Shown piece by piece: positions 29,191 to 40,130 of a stretch of 64,000 nt of DNA. A model generated the notes under the pieces. It was given only the letters and a program-made list of their open reading frames with translations, was not told where the DNA came from and did no database searches. The translations under genes and the position numbers were made by a program. Origin of the DNA: a virus (Duplodnaviria; Caudoviricetes); IMG/VR virus record IMGVR_UViG_3300032292_000698, positions 36,984 to 100,983 of that record. One strand, written 5' to 3'. Every line of letters begins with the position of its first letter. Position 1 is the first letter of the stretch.

Positions 29191-30249
29191 TTAGAGTTTG
29201 AATCCATCAAACGCATCATCATTGATTGTATTGTCCACTCCCTTGACATAACTACTCAGTTCTGTCTCTTGAGGGGCAACTTGCAGTTTCTTACTGTCAT
29301 AATAACTATCCAACCATCCAGACAAAGGATTAGTTTTAGCGTTATTATAAATTTTCTTGTAACCGAGACTGGATAGTCTGTTATTTGCCAACCACTCAAC
29401 ATAGTGTTTAAGACTTTCTGAAGTCAATCCCACCAAATTGCCCTTGCTGAACAAATAATCAGCCCAATCTTTTTCTGCGTTCACTGCCATTTCATAAGCA
29501 GCATAGATTTTCTCTTCGTTATTCTTGACGATATCTTGAAATCCTTCATCAGGATTGTTAATCCAATTCTTCATGATGTTCTGAGTGATAGCAACGTGAA
29601 GATTTTCATCACGACTGATAAACTTGATGATCTTTGAGTTTCCTTCCATCTTTCCACGATAGCCAAAGTAGAAACTACAAGCAAAACTCACATAGAAAAT
29701 CAATCCTTCAGTGATCTGCGTAGCAAGAACAGCATCAAACAATTGTTGACGTTCATCCTTACCACCCGTCAAAAGTTCATCATACTTCTTGGAAATTGCC
29801 GTAGCACGTTTAACGATCTCAGGATCTTCCAAAATGCTGTTGAAGAACTTGGTAGCATCAGGATACACATTGTTCAAAATATATGTGTAACTGTTGCTGT
29901 GAATAGTTTCAAAAAATGACCAAGTATTCATACAAATCTCTAGTTCTGGATTTGTACAATGCTTCATCAATTCATGAATACTACGACTCAACATACTATC
30001 AGTCATGGTTTGAAACTTGAGATTGCTATCAAACACAAATCGTTCCTCATCTGACAACACCTTGTAGTCACTAATGTCCTTCACAAGGTTCACTTCTTGA
30101 GGACGCCAAAAGAAGTTGAGTTGTTGATCATAAAGATCATAGAACTTTTGATATTTGATTTTATCATATCTCTGAAGAGATAGATCTTCACCGAAAAACA
30201 TTGGGTTTCTCAGTTGGTCGATATTCGTTTTATTCAATACAGTTTTCAT
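29191..30249 (-). CDS. nrdB: ribonucleotide reductase class Ia beta subunit
   Basis: FFWRPQEV, FQTMTDS, ETIHSNSY, EGLIFY, RDENLH and VAPQETE. Confidence 0.97.
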   Translation of the reverse strand: MKTVLNKTNIDQLRNPMFFGEDLSLQRYDKIKYQKFYDLYDQQLNFFWRPQEVNLVKDISDYKVLSDEERFVFDSNLKFQTMTDSMLSRSIHELMKHCTNPELEICMNTWSFFETIHSNSYTYILNNVYPDATKFFNSILEDPEIVKRATAISKKYDELLTGGKDERQQLFDAVLATQITEGLIFYVSFACSFYFGYRGKMEGNSKIIKFISRDENLHVAITQNIMKNWINNPDEGFQDIVKNNEEKIYAAYEMAVNAEKDWADYLFSKGNLVGLTSESLKHYVEWLANNRLSSLGYKKIYNNAKTNPLSGWLDSYYDSKKLQVAPQETELSSYVKGVDNTINDDAFDGFKL

Positions 30250-30255
30250 ATTCTT

Positions 30256-32553
30256 TTACATAGCACAAGCTCCACTAGCGCATCCAGTGGACTCTTCGAT
30301 TTTTGGTTCAATAACCTTAACGTTTTGTTTATTGTCTTCCATTGCAGTCTGCTTGTCACCATCATCTGTATTAGCGTAATAAAGATTCTTGATGCCATAC
30401 TTGTATGCCAACAAAATATCCTTAATCACCTCTTGAACAGGAACTTTATTTTGAGCGTATCGTGACGGAACATAGTAAGTATTGGTGCTGATACTCATAT
30501 CAGTAAACTTCTGAATGGCAGCTGCCACCTTAAGATATCCACTATTATCCGGCATGTCAAACGCAAACGTATAGTTTTCACTATACTTGTCAATGCCAGG
30601 TACAACCACCGGCAAAATGTTAGCCTTACTACCCTTGTAGCTAATCAAACTACGAGGAGGTTCAATTCCGTTGGTACTGCTCTGAATCACACTACTAGAT
30701 TCAACTGGCATACAAGCAGTCAACGTACTGTGACGCATTCCATGTTGTTTAATCTTGGCACGCAATTCTTCCCAATCCATGTGCAACGGTTCAGTGATAA
30801 ACTCGTCCACATCCTTCTTGTAAGTATCGATTGGCAAAATACCCTGACTAAACTTGGTACGTGCAAACTTCTCACATACACCACGTTCCTTAGCCATTTC
30901 AGCACTTGCATCAATCAAGTAGTAACTCATCTTCTCCATCCACTTGGCAACAAAGTTTGGAGCATCCTTATCCCAATACTTCAAACCCTCTCTAGCAAGT
31001 AGAGCAGCCAAGTTACTCACTCCAACACCAAGACTACGACGCTTTTTAGCGAAATTCTCGGCAGCAGGAACAAAATAGTTTTGATGTTCAATCAAAGAAT
31101 CCAACATACGAACGATAACGTCACAGACGCTCTTCATTTCTTCGTCATCCTTGATCTCCAACCAGTTGACGGCGGCCAAAATACACACGCCGATTTCTCC
31201 GTTTGGATCATTGACATCAGTGATTGGAATTAATGGATGATTCACCTCAAGACAAAGATTACTCGTATCAACTTGATCCAACCAACTACCATGTTCATTA
31301 GCATGATCAACGAACATCGTGTAAATACGACCGGTTTCAAGACGTTCCTTAGCAAGAAGACCCATCAATTCACGAGCTTTGATCTTCTTCTTGAACTTGA
31401 TGTTCTTGTTGGCTTCAGCCTTTTCGTATTTTTCCTTGAATTCAGGATATCCGAACGTGTTCCAGAGACTTTCACATTCATGATAACTGAACAATGTTAC
31501 GTCCTTGTTCTCCAAGAAACGTTCAAAGATCAACTTATCAAGACCAATACAGTAATCCAACTTACGAACCCGGTTATCATCAGTTCCAGCGTTGTTCTTC
31601 AATACCAAAATGTCCATGATGTCGTAGTGGAACCATGCAAAATTGACTGTTGCACTACCGCCACGAATACCATTCTGGTGACAGCACTTCACAGTAGACT
31701 CAAAAGCCTTGGCAAAAGGAATTGGTCCGGTATGAATCACTTCACCATTACGAATTGGAGCGTTTGTAGCACGCAAACGACTCAAATTGAGTCCGATTCC
31801 GTAACGACTAGCGGTTGCAAATCCAACAGCACTGTTGTTACTGAAGATACTCTTGAGGGTATCATCCACGGTAAACAAACTACATGAAGCATAACTCTTC
31901 ATGACTGATCGAACACCTGCCATAATCGGAGTTGGAAGGTTGATCTTGTGTTTGCTGAAGTAGTTATAGGCCTTCTTGACGTACTCAATACGGTTATCAC
32001 CATAGTCCTTGAAGAAAGTCATTGCAATTAGCATATAAGCGAATTGCGGGGTCTCATAGATCTCCTTGGTACTACGATTCTGAATCAAATACTTGTCACA
32101 CAACTGTTTGATTCCAGCGTAAGTGAATTCAAAATCACGATCATGCTTCAAGTATTCATCCAACTTGTCAAAATCCTTCTTGGAATACCATTCCAAAATG
32201 GCGTCGTCGTACACCAACTTGTCAATGTTGGTTTTTACAAGATCGTGCAACTTGGGAGGATTCTTTCCACCCCACACCTTCTTACGAAGTTGGTAGTTCA
32301 ACAACCTTGATGCCACAAATTGATAGTTTGGCTTTTCAATTGTAATCAAATTTGATGCAGCTTCAATCAACATTGCGTGAATAGCACCAGATGACATTCC
32401 TTCAAAGAACGACAAATGTGCGTTCATTGCAACTTCTTCAAACGAAACATTTTTGATGCCCTCAGTTGCCCATTGCAAAACCTTGTTGATTTTATCAGCA
32501 CTGAATTTCTCTGATGTTCCGCTTCTTTTTTTAATAAAGATTTCTTTGTTCAT
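30256..32553 (-). CDS. nrdA: ribonucleotide reductase class Ia alpha subunit with ATP cone
   Basis: IKKRSG ATP cone, PTPIMAG, SCS, QNGIRGG, SNLCLE, TNGIEP, LYY and C-terminal CASGAC. Confidence 0.97.
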   Translation of the reverse strand: MNKEIFIKKRSGTSEKFSADKINKVLQWATEGIKNVSFEEVAMNAHLSFFEGMSSGAIHAMLIEAASNLITIEKPNYQFVASRLLNYQLRKKVWGGKNPPKLHDLVKTNIDKLVYDDAILEWYSKKDFDKLDEYLKHDRDFEFTYAGIKQLCDKYLIQNRSTKEIYETPQFAYMLIAMTFFKDYGDNRIEYVKKAYNYFSKHKINLPTPIMAGVRSVMKSYASCSLFTVDDTLKSIFSNNSAVGFATASRYGIGLNLSRLRATNAPIRNGEVIHTGPIPFAKAFESTVKCCHQNGIRGGSATVNFAWFHYDIMDILVLKNNAGTDDNRVRKLDYCIGLDKLIFERFLENKDVTLFSYHECESLWNTFGYPEFKEKYEKAEANKNIKFKKKIKARELMGLLAKERLETGRIYTMFVDHANEHGSWLDQVDTSNLCLEVNHPLIPITDVNDPNGEIGVCILAAVNWLEIKDDEEMKSVCDVIVRMLDSLIEHQNYFVPAAENFAKKRRSLGVGVSNLAALLAREGLKYWDKDAPNFVAKWMEKMSYYLIDASAEMAKERGVCEKFARTKFSQGILPIDTYKKDVDEFITEPLHMDWEELRAKIKQHGMRHSTLTACMPVESSSVIQSSTNGIEPPRSLISYKGSKANILPVVVPGIDKYSENYTFAFDMPDNSGYLKVAAAIQKFTDMSISTNTYYVPSRYAQNKVPVQEVIKDILLAYKYGIKNLYYANTDDGDKQTAMEDNKQNVKVIEPKIEESTGCASGACAM

Positions 32554-32651
32554 ATAGACAAAAAATAACTATGGTAGTTATCTTCTAAATTTTAGACCTT
32601 AGTGTTCATTTTTGATAATTTTTTTCGACGCTTTTTGGTTGGTACATACTA

Positions 32652-34034
32652 TCATTCTTCGTCATCGCTGATATGAGCATTCCACTTATTTGATAGAGCC
32701 TTCTTAACCAAATTCTCACTGTCACCCATTTCGTTAATGATAGACATACCATCCTTGGAATTCTCAGCAAAGATCTGAATATCGCCACAACCAGCATTCA
32801 TACGACTTGGAAACGTCAATCCATCCGGACCAAAACGATTCTTGATGATATGAAACCGAGCAGTATTAGCAACTTTATCGGTAACTTTACGGCTGACACT
32901 CATAACGAAGTCAGCAGTCATGATCTTTCGATAACTGTCAGCGATACTGTTGGCCTGAATAATGTCTTCTTCCATAGCAGCACGATTACTCTGTGAAGCA
33001 GTCCAAATAGGAATTTGAAGTTCACCAGCAATACTACGAAGTTCTTCATAAATACCACCAGCCTCACTATAACTGTTGCTATTACGTTCACTTTGATATG
33101 GACGAAGAATGTCAGCATAATCAACAACGATCATGTCAACCTTGGTTCCCAACATCATAACACGTTCAGTGTGCATCTTCAAATGATGAGCACTAACAGT
33201 CTTGATCGGAAAATACTTGATGAACAACTTGCCAGGCACCTTTTCAATCTTCTGACGAACAATATCCACGTTGTTACGAATGTTCTGAAAGTCGATTCCT
33301 GTGAAACAACTGTCATAACGAAGACCCACGTAGTTTTCATTCAACTCAAGCGTGATATGTACCACGTTCTTTCCTTGCTTCATCGCTTCAGCACCCAACT
33401 TAGCAAGAACCCAACTCTTACCAGCACCAGCACAAGCAGTGACGATACCCAATTCACCGGCAGCAAGTCCACCATCCATAATGGTGTCAATTTCAGTCCA
33501 GTTGGTTTTGATCGTATTTCGTGCCATAACACTCATACGCTTCTCAACATCAACCATATACTCATGACCAATATTGCGTTCCATTCCCGCCTTCATTGCG
33601 TTGTCAACCAACGTCTTAACCTGCTCATAATTTCCCGTCTTGAGATGATCAACGCTCTCAAGAATAGCCGACTTAAGTTTCTGACTCTTACAAAATTCAA
33701 GATACTGTTCCTTCACAAACTTCAAATCACTGTCCGTGATCTTTTGATACACGTTGCGAAGTTGTGTGATAACACTTTCCTTTAGAATTCCGTTTTCGAT
33801 TGCTTCCACCTTGATTTTAAATACATTCAAAGTTGGCAAATCCTTGTATTGCATAAAGTATGCAACTGTTTGTTTTACGATCCACTGATGTGCATCAGAT
33901 TCAAATGATGTTGGATCAATGATATCTGATAGTCTTTCCAGAAAAGTCTTATCTCCCAAAATTCCGGAGATGCATTTGATCTGGAATTCAGGTCCATACT
34001 TTTTCAAATTGTCGATTACATGGTTGTCATTCAT
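32652..34034 (-). CDS. replicative helicase (DnaB/T4 gp41-like)
   Basis: AGAGKS Walker A, ITLEL, IVVDYAD, WTASQSNR and KNRFGPDG. Confidence 0.93.
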   Translation of the reverse strand: MNDNHVIDNLKKYGPEFQIKCISGILGDKTFLERLSDIIDPTSFESDAHQWIVKQTVAYFMQYKDLPTLNVFKIKVEAIENGILKESVITQLRNVYQKITDSDLKFVKEQYLEFCKSQKLKSAILESVDHLKTGNYEQVKTLVDNAMKAGMERNIGHEYMVDVEKRMSVMARNTIKTNWTEIDTIMDGGLAAGELGIVTACAGAGKSWVLAKLGAEAMKQGKNVVHITLELNENYVGLRYDSCFTGIDFQNIRNNVDIVRQKIEKVPGKLFIKYFPIKTVSAHHLKMHTERVMMLGTKVDMIVVDYADILRPYQSERNSNSYSEAGGIYEELRSIAGELQIPIWTASQSNRAAMEEDIIQANSIADSYRKIMTADFVMSVSRKVTDKVANTARFHIIKNRFGPDGLTFPSRMNAGCGDIQIFAENSKDGMSIINEMGDSENLVKKALSNKWNAHISDDEE

Positions 34035-34104
34035 AATAGTATTCTTCTACGTAATCCAGTATAGGTTACGTACCCTTCAATGTATATTTATTTTAACCGG
34101 TTTA

Positions 34105-35169
34105 TTACCTTACCAACGTGGTCAACTTACCGAAGCATTCATTGAGCCAAATTTGGTAGTTTGGCAGGTTGTTCCACATTTTATCTTCGGTGACCAACTT
34201 GGAAAAACCAACTCTATCAAGCTTCTTTGTTGGCTCATCCAAGATTTCATTTATGCGGAGTTGTGAGAAGCTTTGAATCTCAGTCTCCTTTAGTTGCATC
34301 AACGTATAGTTACGTTCAACGATATCCTTATTTTCAAGGATTGTACGATAGAGCTTGTATTTGCTCTGATTGTTTTCACAATATGTGTAGATTTCTTGCA
34401 AATCCACAGTTCGACTTTCGGCAAAGAACGGAAAACACTTGATGATTGTCTTCAGACCAGCTCCGGTTATGCCGTCAATGTTATCAGAAACATCACCTTC
34501 AAGAACTCTATACCAGATATAATTCTGGCAACTCACTCCATATTCATTCAAAATTTCAGCACAACCATACAGTTTCTTCTTGGTTGGACTCCAAACTTTG
34601 ATTTTGTCACTTGCCAATTGTAGAAAATCTTTGTCTGCACTCATGATATGCACATTGTTATTCTTATAATACTGTTGTGCAATATATGCAATGGTGTCAT
34701 CTGCTTCAATATGATCAATAGCCATAGTTGAAATGGGCAGACAGTCCAAATAATGAACAGATCTTAATAGTTGAGCCTTCATGTTCTTCTCTTCCAAATC
34801 AGAAGTGGACATTTCTGAATATGCTCTATTAAGACGGATCTTTGTATGACGTTTGTCTTTGTATGGCGGATAAATCTTACGACGTTTCATACTTCCACCA
34901 TTACCGTCAAAAATAATAACACAACGTGTAGGATTCAGCAACTTAATTGCATATCCGACACTTTTGAGAAAACCGGCGATGCCGCCCGTGTGAAGTCCAT
35001 CTTCATTCATGGACGGCATCACCGAATATGCGCGAATAAATGTATTGAGCGCATCAACCAAGAGAATATCCGAATTTTCAGTTCGGTTAGAAAGTGTATT
35101 CTTTTCTTCTTGTGAAACATTCTCAAAAAGTGAGAACAACCTTTTCTTTTCGTCTTGATTAAAACTCAT
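34105..35169 (-). CDS. 5'-3' exonuclease / flap endonuclease (T4 RNase H, PolI N-terminal-like)
   Basis: LLVDALN, IIFDG, YK..R, EADD, SADKDFLQL and GDVSDNIDGITGAG. Confidence 0.93.
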   Translation of the reverse strand: MSFNQDEKKRLFSLFENVSQEEKNTLSNRTENSDILLVDALNTFIRAYSVMPSMNEDGLHTGGIAGFLKSVGYAIKLLNPTRCVIIFDGNGGSMKRRKIYPPYKDKRHTKIRLNRAYSEMSTSDLEEKNMKAQLLRSVHYLDCLPISTMAIDHIEADDTIAYIAQQYYKNNNVHIMSADKDFLQLASDKIKVWSPTKKKLYGCAEILNEYGVSCQNYIWYRVLEGDVSDNIDGITGAGLKTIIKCFPFFAESRTVDLQEIYTYCENNQSKYKLYRTILENKDIVERNYTLMQLKETEIQSFSQLRINEILDEPTKKLDRVGFSKLVTEDKMWNNLPNYQIWLNECFGKLTTLVR

Positions 35170-35172
35170 ATA

Positions 35173-36363
35173 TTATTCGTCTCCACCAACTTCTTCTGCG
35201 TCTTCAGAAGAGTCTACCTCGACATCTTCTCGGATTTCACTATCAGGTGACTTATACTTCATAATCGTCATCTCGGCAATCTTCTGATACAACTCCTCAC
35301 GAAGTTCAGCATCATTCTTCATGTCCTTGGCAAACGACTTGACATCAATCTTTACAACTTCACCATTATTCTTGGTGTAATTGTAAGGTGACTTTGCACC
35401 TGTGATGATTGAGTGCTTCTTGAGCACTTCAATCCAGTTACCATAATTATCAATACCACTATCATAAAAAATACTAAAGTCAGCATATTTCATGGGTGGT
35501 CCCATACGATTCTTGACAACTACCGCACGGGTCTTAACACCAATATGAACTGGCTCACCATTCTGTGTAACCTTCAATGCTCCCATACCCTTCAAACGAA
35601 GGCGTAGACTAGCATGATATTGAATGGCTTTACCACCACTGGTGATATACTTGTCTCCAAACATTGCTGCCTGAAGATTGACACGTAGTTGATTGGTAAA
35701 CACCAACGCAATACGTTGCTTACCGATCATATCGTTGATCTTTCTCATTGCCTTGGAAATGATAATAGCTTTTCCAGTCGCATAACCATCCTTACCATGA
35801 TCAGATTCCAATTCTGCCTTTGTCGAAGCACCAGCAACGCTATCAACAACGATTGTAACTAACTTATCTCGGTTTGATTTACGAGCCTGTGCAATCAGCA
35901 ATTCGATCTTTTCAAAAATGTCTTCAACAGTGTGCGCTGTAACATACAACATTTTAGGAACGTCAACACCAATTGCAGTGAGAAAATCATGAGAAACGGA
36001 CTGTTCAGTATCCATAAATACAGCAAGTCCACCTTTCTTTTGAGTTTCAGCAAGCAAATGAGCAGCCAACAAACTTTTACCAGACGCTTCAAGTCCAGTA
36101 ACTTCGGTAATACGTCCAACCGGAATACCTGCATGTGGACGATTTGAAATTGCGAGATCCAAGATATCACAACCTGTACTAACCCAATCCGTAATTGTGG
36201 ACGGATCTTCTTTTTGATCCAAGAAAAACGCACACTTACCTGCATCTTTATTGGCTTTGTTTAACGCATCAGCGATAGATTCAACTAGTTCATCTCTTTG
36301 TGATGTACTTTCATGAGTAACATGTGTTGATCCTTTTTTCTTTTTTGGTGTTTCTTCAGCCAT
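35173..36363 (-). CDS. recA: RecA/UvsX recombinase
   Basis: GRITEVTGLEASGKS, MDTE, VVDSVA, FTNQLR, TSGGKA and VKNRMGPP. Confidence 0.93.
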   Translation of the reverse strand: MAEETPKKKKGSTHVTHESTSQRDELVESIADALNKANKDAGKCAFFLDQKEDPSTITDWVSTGCDILDLAISNRPHAGIPVGRITEVTGLEASGKSLLAAHLLAETQKKGGLAVFMDTEQSVSHDFLTAIGVDVPKMLYVTAHTVEDIFEKIELLIAQARKSNRDKLVTIVVDSVAGASTKAELESDHGKDGYATGKAIIISKAMRKINDMIGKQRIALVFTNQLRVNLQAAMFGDKYITSGGKAIQYHASLRLRLKGMGALKVTQNGEPVHIGVKTRAVVVKNRMGPPMKYADFSIFYDSGIDNYGNWIEVLKKHSIITGAKSPYNYTKNNGEVVKIDVKSFAKDMKNDAELREELYQKIAEMTIMKYKSPDSEIREDVEVDSSEDAEEVGGDE

Positions 36364-36379
36364 AACTTATATTGAAATG

Positions 36380-36416
36380 AAAAAGGAGAGACGGCATTTT
36401 TACTACCGTCTCTCCT
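36380..36416 (-). terminator. intrinsic terminator between ssb and recA
   Basis: AGGAGAGACGG-loop-CCGTCTCTCCT hairpin followed by a U-run on the minus strand. Confidence 0.75.
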
Positions 36417-36427
36417 AGTATTATTGA

Positions 36428-37270
36428 TTAACTGTTGAACAGATTATCAAACGCCTTGGTGAGGTCGTCAGTATTAGACTTAGCAGTAGTTGCCGTAGGA
36501 GACTTACTAGAAGTCTTCGTAGTAGCAAACGGAGCAGAGTCAGCAGCCGCAACAACAGGTTGGGTAGATTCCTCATCAACCACAGCGTTAGAAACGGTCT
36601 CAGCAGGACCATTCTCTGGATTAAGCCAGGCGGTCATAACCTCCTTGAGTTCCTCGTACTTGGGTTCGGGGAACAAATCAAGAATATCAACCTGATTCTT
36701 GATTGAGTCGATCATACGAGCATCCTTCGGATCAACCGCCGGAGTGCTGTTTGGCTTCACACGGATTGAAGTCTCTGGGAAGTTCTTACCACTTTCGTCA
36801 GCGGTACGAAACTCCACAACGATATCACGTCCGGAAGAAAGGTCGGTAATATCACCGTAATCAGGGTCAGCCATGACCGATAGAATCTCCTGATAAACCT
36901 GCTTTCCGAATCCCCAAAACTTGACACCTTCATGCTCTTCACCACGAACGATGACAGGAGCAAAAGTACGCATCTTGGGTTCCATCTTACGGCCAGTCTG
37001 CCAGTCCTCCTTGGAACCAGTCTTCTTGAGTCGATTGCTGAATTCAACGATTGGATCTGGACGATTGAAACTATCCGGAGAAAGATAAGTCTTGTTATTG
37101 ATACCGTAATGGAACTTGAGTTCAATAAACGGAGTATCAGGTTGATACTTATACGGAACAATACGGATCGTCTGCTTACCCGGCTTGGGCTTCCAAATGA
37201 GGTTGGACTTTTGGTTTGTGTTTGAAAGGGAGTTCAAACGGCTCTTGATCTTTGACAAGTCGATTGCCAT
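36428..37270 (-). CDS. single-stranded DNA-binding protein (gp32-like)
   Basis: WKPKPG.QTIRIVP, FHY, VIVRGEE.EGVKFWGFG, DITD..GRD and acidic tail DDLTKAFDNLF. Start at MAIDL. Confidence 0.85.
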   Translation of the reverse strand: MAIDLSKIKSRLNSLSNTNQKSNLIWKPKPGKQTIRIVPYKYQPDTPFIELKFHYGINNKTYLSPDSFNRPDPIVEFSNRLKKTGSKEDWQTGRKMEPKMRTFAPVIVRGEEHEGVKFWGFGKQVYQEILSVMADPDYGDITDLSSGRDIVVEFRTADESGKNFPETSIRVKPNSTPAVDPKDARMIDSIKNQVDILDLFPEPKYEELKEVMTAWLNPENGPAETVSNAVVDEESTQPVVAAADSAPFATTKTSSKSPTATTAKSNTDDLTKAFDNLFNS

Positions 37271-37358
37271 AATTATTAATTTATTAATTGTTAAGTAGTA
37301 ATTAGCTAATCCATTTAGTTCCACTCGAAACTAAACAATCATAACTAATTCTGGTATA

Positions 37359-37386
37359 ACTATAGATCAAATCCCGAAAAAATCAA
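37359..37386 (-). promoter_or_regulatory. sigma70-like promoter for ssb
   Basis: TTGATT-16-TATAGT. Confidence 0.5.
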
Positions 37387-37775
37387 CTTATAATATCGAA
37401 AATTTTCAAGGGAATAATTTTAACAGAAACCTCGTTAGTTATAATTAAAGAGTTCTTATAAAACTCCCAATTCAACTGGAAAGTTTTATCAAAAACGCCA
37501 TTGTTTTCTTCAGTGATTAACTTGTTCATGGCGTTAAGTGTATACAAAGTATTGGTTTGTTTCTTACGATGTATACTAATGGTATTAGGCAGCTTTTTAG
37601 AAGCTGCCTCGGTGTAAACGATATTATAAGTGAGATACAACTCATTGTTGTTTTTTTCATTATTAAACACAAAAATTTTGTTGTTTGATAATGTGTAGAA
37701 TGACTTTACGTGTGCCACCAAAATTTGATACTCTGATGGCAATGTAAACGTACAAAGAAGTTGAGTGTCTTTCAT
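37383..37775 (-). CDS. conserved phage hypothetical protein
   Basis: LLCTF, TYNI and ISIHRKKQTNTLYTLNAMN, packed upstream of ssb. Confidence 0.7.
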   Translation of the reverse strand: MKDTQLLCTFTLPSEYQILVAHVKSFYTLSNNKIFVFNNEKNNNELYLTYNIVYTEAASKKLPNTISIHRKKQTNTLYTLNAMNKLITEENNGVFDKTFQLNWEFYKNSLIITNEVSVKIIPLKIFDIIS

Positions 37776-38464
37776 CTTGCAGACAATATTGTTGTTTTGT
37801 GGCTATCCACATTGTACCACTCGTAACCTACCAAAACGCCATCAGAGTTATACCAACGGCTTTTGTTTCTAATCCAATTGTTTTGTTTTGCTTCTTCCAA
37901 AGAAAACTCAGTGGTTAGGATTTTTTCGACTTCTTTGGCGTCTTTTTCTTTTTGATCTCCACTTCTGGTTTCAAGATCGGTGGTGTCAACTCCTGACTGA
38001 CCTTGGGTTGTTCCAACACTGGCTGGTCCTTGGTCTTGTTGAATAGGTTGAGGTTGATTATCTTGTTGAGCACCTGGCTCAATTTGAATAGGTTTTTCAT
38101 TTGGTGATGTTGGTTCTTGTACTGGCTGTGCAGGCGTAGCAAAATCCAAATTGGTCTGACCCTTGGTTGGATCTTCTTCAAAATGAGTTCCACGACGTAT
38201 TGCACGTTGTTTATATTCCGCATTTGGGAACGTAACCAAAATACCCTTAGCATTGTATGCTTGTCTTTCTGGGTATTTACCCTCAATAACCTTATTTGCT
38301 AATTCAACAACTTCACTTTTTGGAATTCCCATTTCTACAAGTTTTTCTCGTAGAACTTCCATGTGGTCATTATTGAATATATCAAATATACCATCCTCAA
38401 CTCTGTTGTCTAAACAAAGTTCGGAAAGCAAAAAATCTGAAATGTTTTTGTAAGTCTTTTTCAT
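37772..38464 (-). CDS. hypothetical protein with Q/P-rich linker
   Basis: ATG 1 nt after the upstream stop. N-terminal LLSE...VEDG segment. Confidence 0.7.
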   Translation of the reverse strand: MKKTYKNISDFLLSELCLDNRVEDGIFDIFNNDHMEVLREKLVEMGIPKSEVVELANKVIEGKYPERQAYNAKGILVTFPNAEYKQRAIRRGTHFEEDPTKGQTNLDFATPAQPVQEPTSPNEKPIQIEPGAQQDNQPQPIQQDQGPASVGTTQGQSGVDTTDLETRSGDQKEKDAKEVEKILTTEFSLEEAKQNNWIRNKSRWYNSDGVLVGYEWYNVDSHKTTILSAR

Positions 38465-38465
38465 T

Positions 38466-40079
38466 TTAACTTGCAAGGTTCGATGCTTTTGGTGCAATCT
38501 TGGCTGCTGGAATGATTACTATTCTGGCTCTCATGAACATGTATCCATCGCCATTGTAATCCGTAGTAAACTGTTCGTTTGTTCCACTTCTAAAATACAT
38601 TACCGGTTTATACTTTTGAAACGGATCTTGAGCATTTTTTGGCAAAGGAAGATTTGGATTGAACAATACGTGTCCATTTTCATCAGTTTTAATCAACAAC
38701 TGTACATTCTTCTTTGACTTAGTAGGAATCCGTGACATGATCAACGGAGTTCGTGATTGCATCAAAACACTACAATTTTGACGACTGAATGGCTTACTCT
38801 TGTCCAAAGTAAAATCAGTGCCATAAATTGACTTTCCTGCAATTTCCTTAGTCTTTGGCGATCCATCTAAGAAATCCAAATAACCGTCAAAGTTATTCAT
38901 CATGTAAAGATATTTGCGTTTTGTAGTAGTATCAGTAACAAACCGATAAAATCCCTTCTTAAACGCACCAATCAATAGATTGTACATTTCACGATTGCCT
39001 TGTAATGCTTCTATAGCAGGAACACCATTGAAGTTAACGAGATTTCCTTTTTCATCAAAAGTAGTAGTCTTAGAATTAACCTCAATTCGATTTGGGTAAT
39101 TTTTGACAATACCAGAAATCATCTTTGATTTAACACTCAACCAAACTTTATCTGTCTTATAAATGGCATCTAATCCAACAAATCCACCATATTGTGGAAA
39201 ATCAACATTCGCCAATTCACTAGCACTCATTCCTTCCTTGAAATCCCCACCCTTGAAAGAAATCCAAAATACTTCACGACCACGTTCCAACATGGCAATA
39301 TCTGCTTTTTCTCCGGTGCCTAATTGTAAATGTACAGCAGAATCGACTTTTACACCTGTATTAACGTGTTCTCCTTTATCCCAAACATGAAGATCGAATA
39401 CTACTTTCTCTGGATTATTTTCTTTAAACCACTCGTTAAGTTGATCAGCTTTAATCCGTTCTTGTTCAATACCACTTGCCTTAACCGTCTTTGACTTCAA
39501 TAAATCGCCAAGTGAACGGTACAACTGTAAATATAACAACGCCGATCTCCAACCGGGAGTGCCGATTTTCAATCCTTGTGGCACATTAATCATTGATACC
39601 AACTTAGGACCAAACTTGAGTCTCAACTTTGTGTTTGAATTTGTAAAACTTAGATCAACGTTTTCAGGAATACCATACTCTTTACGTTTTTCTGGATTTG
39701 CCACCAATTCAACCATTTCGTCGTATGTCAAACCATTGGGTACGTGAACGTCGCCAGGGAAACGTTCTGATGGTTTATTGTAAGATAAACTTAGATCAAC
39801 TTGCTTTAAATCGTCATCATTAAAATCGCCAGCACGTCTCAAAGGTCCAACCATGGTGTTGAACGATTTGATTTCATCATCTGTTAAATACTTGGAAGAA
39901 CCAATTTTTGCGTCGGCTTCAACAATTTGTTGAACAGTTGTTGGTGAAAAATACTCACTATATCCACAGTTTTCAATAGCGGTTAATAACTTGTCAGTAT
40001 CAACTTTGGAGATTCCACCATCCTCTACTAAGAGAGAATATTCAAGAAGGATATCATTTATGATCTTGGCTTTATTCAT
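38466..40079 (-). CDS. hypothetical protein, possible PD-(D/E)xK nuclease fold
   Basis: E-helix (IEQE) followed by KADIAML...WISFK and QYGG, a restriction-endonuclease-like core. Confidence 0.5.
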   Translation of the reverse strand: MNKAKIINDILLEYSLLVEDGGISKVDTDKLLTAIENCGYSEYFSPTTVQQIVEADAKIGSSKYLTDDEIKSFNTMVGPLRRAGDFNDDDLKQVDLSLSYNKPSERFPGDVHVPNGLTYDEMVELVANPEKRKEYGIPENVDLSFTNSNTKLRLKFGPKLVSMINVPQGLKIGTPGWRSALLYLQLYRSLGDLLKSKTVKASGIEQERIKADQLNEWFKENNPEKVVFDLHVWDKGEHVNTGVKVDSAVHLQLGTGEKADIAMLERGREVFWISFKGGDFKEGMSASELANVDFPQYGGFVGLDAIYKTDKVWLSVKSKMISGIVKNYPNRIEVNSKTTTFDEKGNLVNFNGVPAIEALQGNREMYNLLIGAFKKGFYRFVTDTTTKRKYLYMMNNFDGYLDFLDGSPKTKEIAGKSIYGTDFTLDKSKPFSRQNCSVLMQSRTPLIMSRIPTKSKKNVQLLIKTDENGHVLFNPNLPLPKNAQDPFQKYKPVMYFRSGTNEQFTTDYNGDGYMFMRARIVIIPAAKIAPKASNLAS

Positions 40080-40130
40080 ATCGACACAATAACTAATAAA
40101 TATTGTGTCTATATTCCAAAAACAGTCTTT

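Noticed and set aside
27080-33785. Long plus-strand ORFs (27080-27814, 31237-31887, 33015-33785)
   Set aside because: Antisense shadows of well-supported genes, caused by codon bias. They have no recognisable motifs.
29191-36363. Introns, inteins or homing endonucleases in nrdA/nrdB/helicase/recA
   Set aside because: The proteins have normal length and continuous motifs, with no intein or LAGLIDADG/HNH/GIY-YIG signatures seen.
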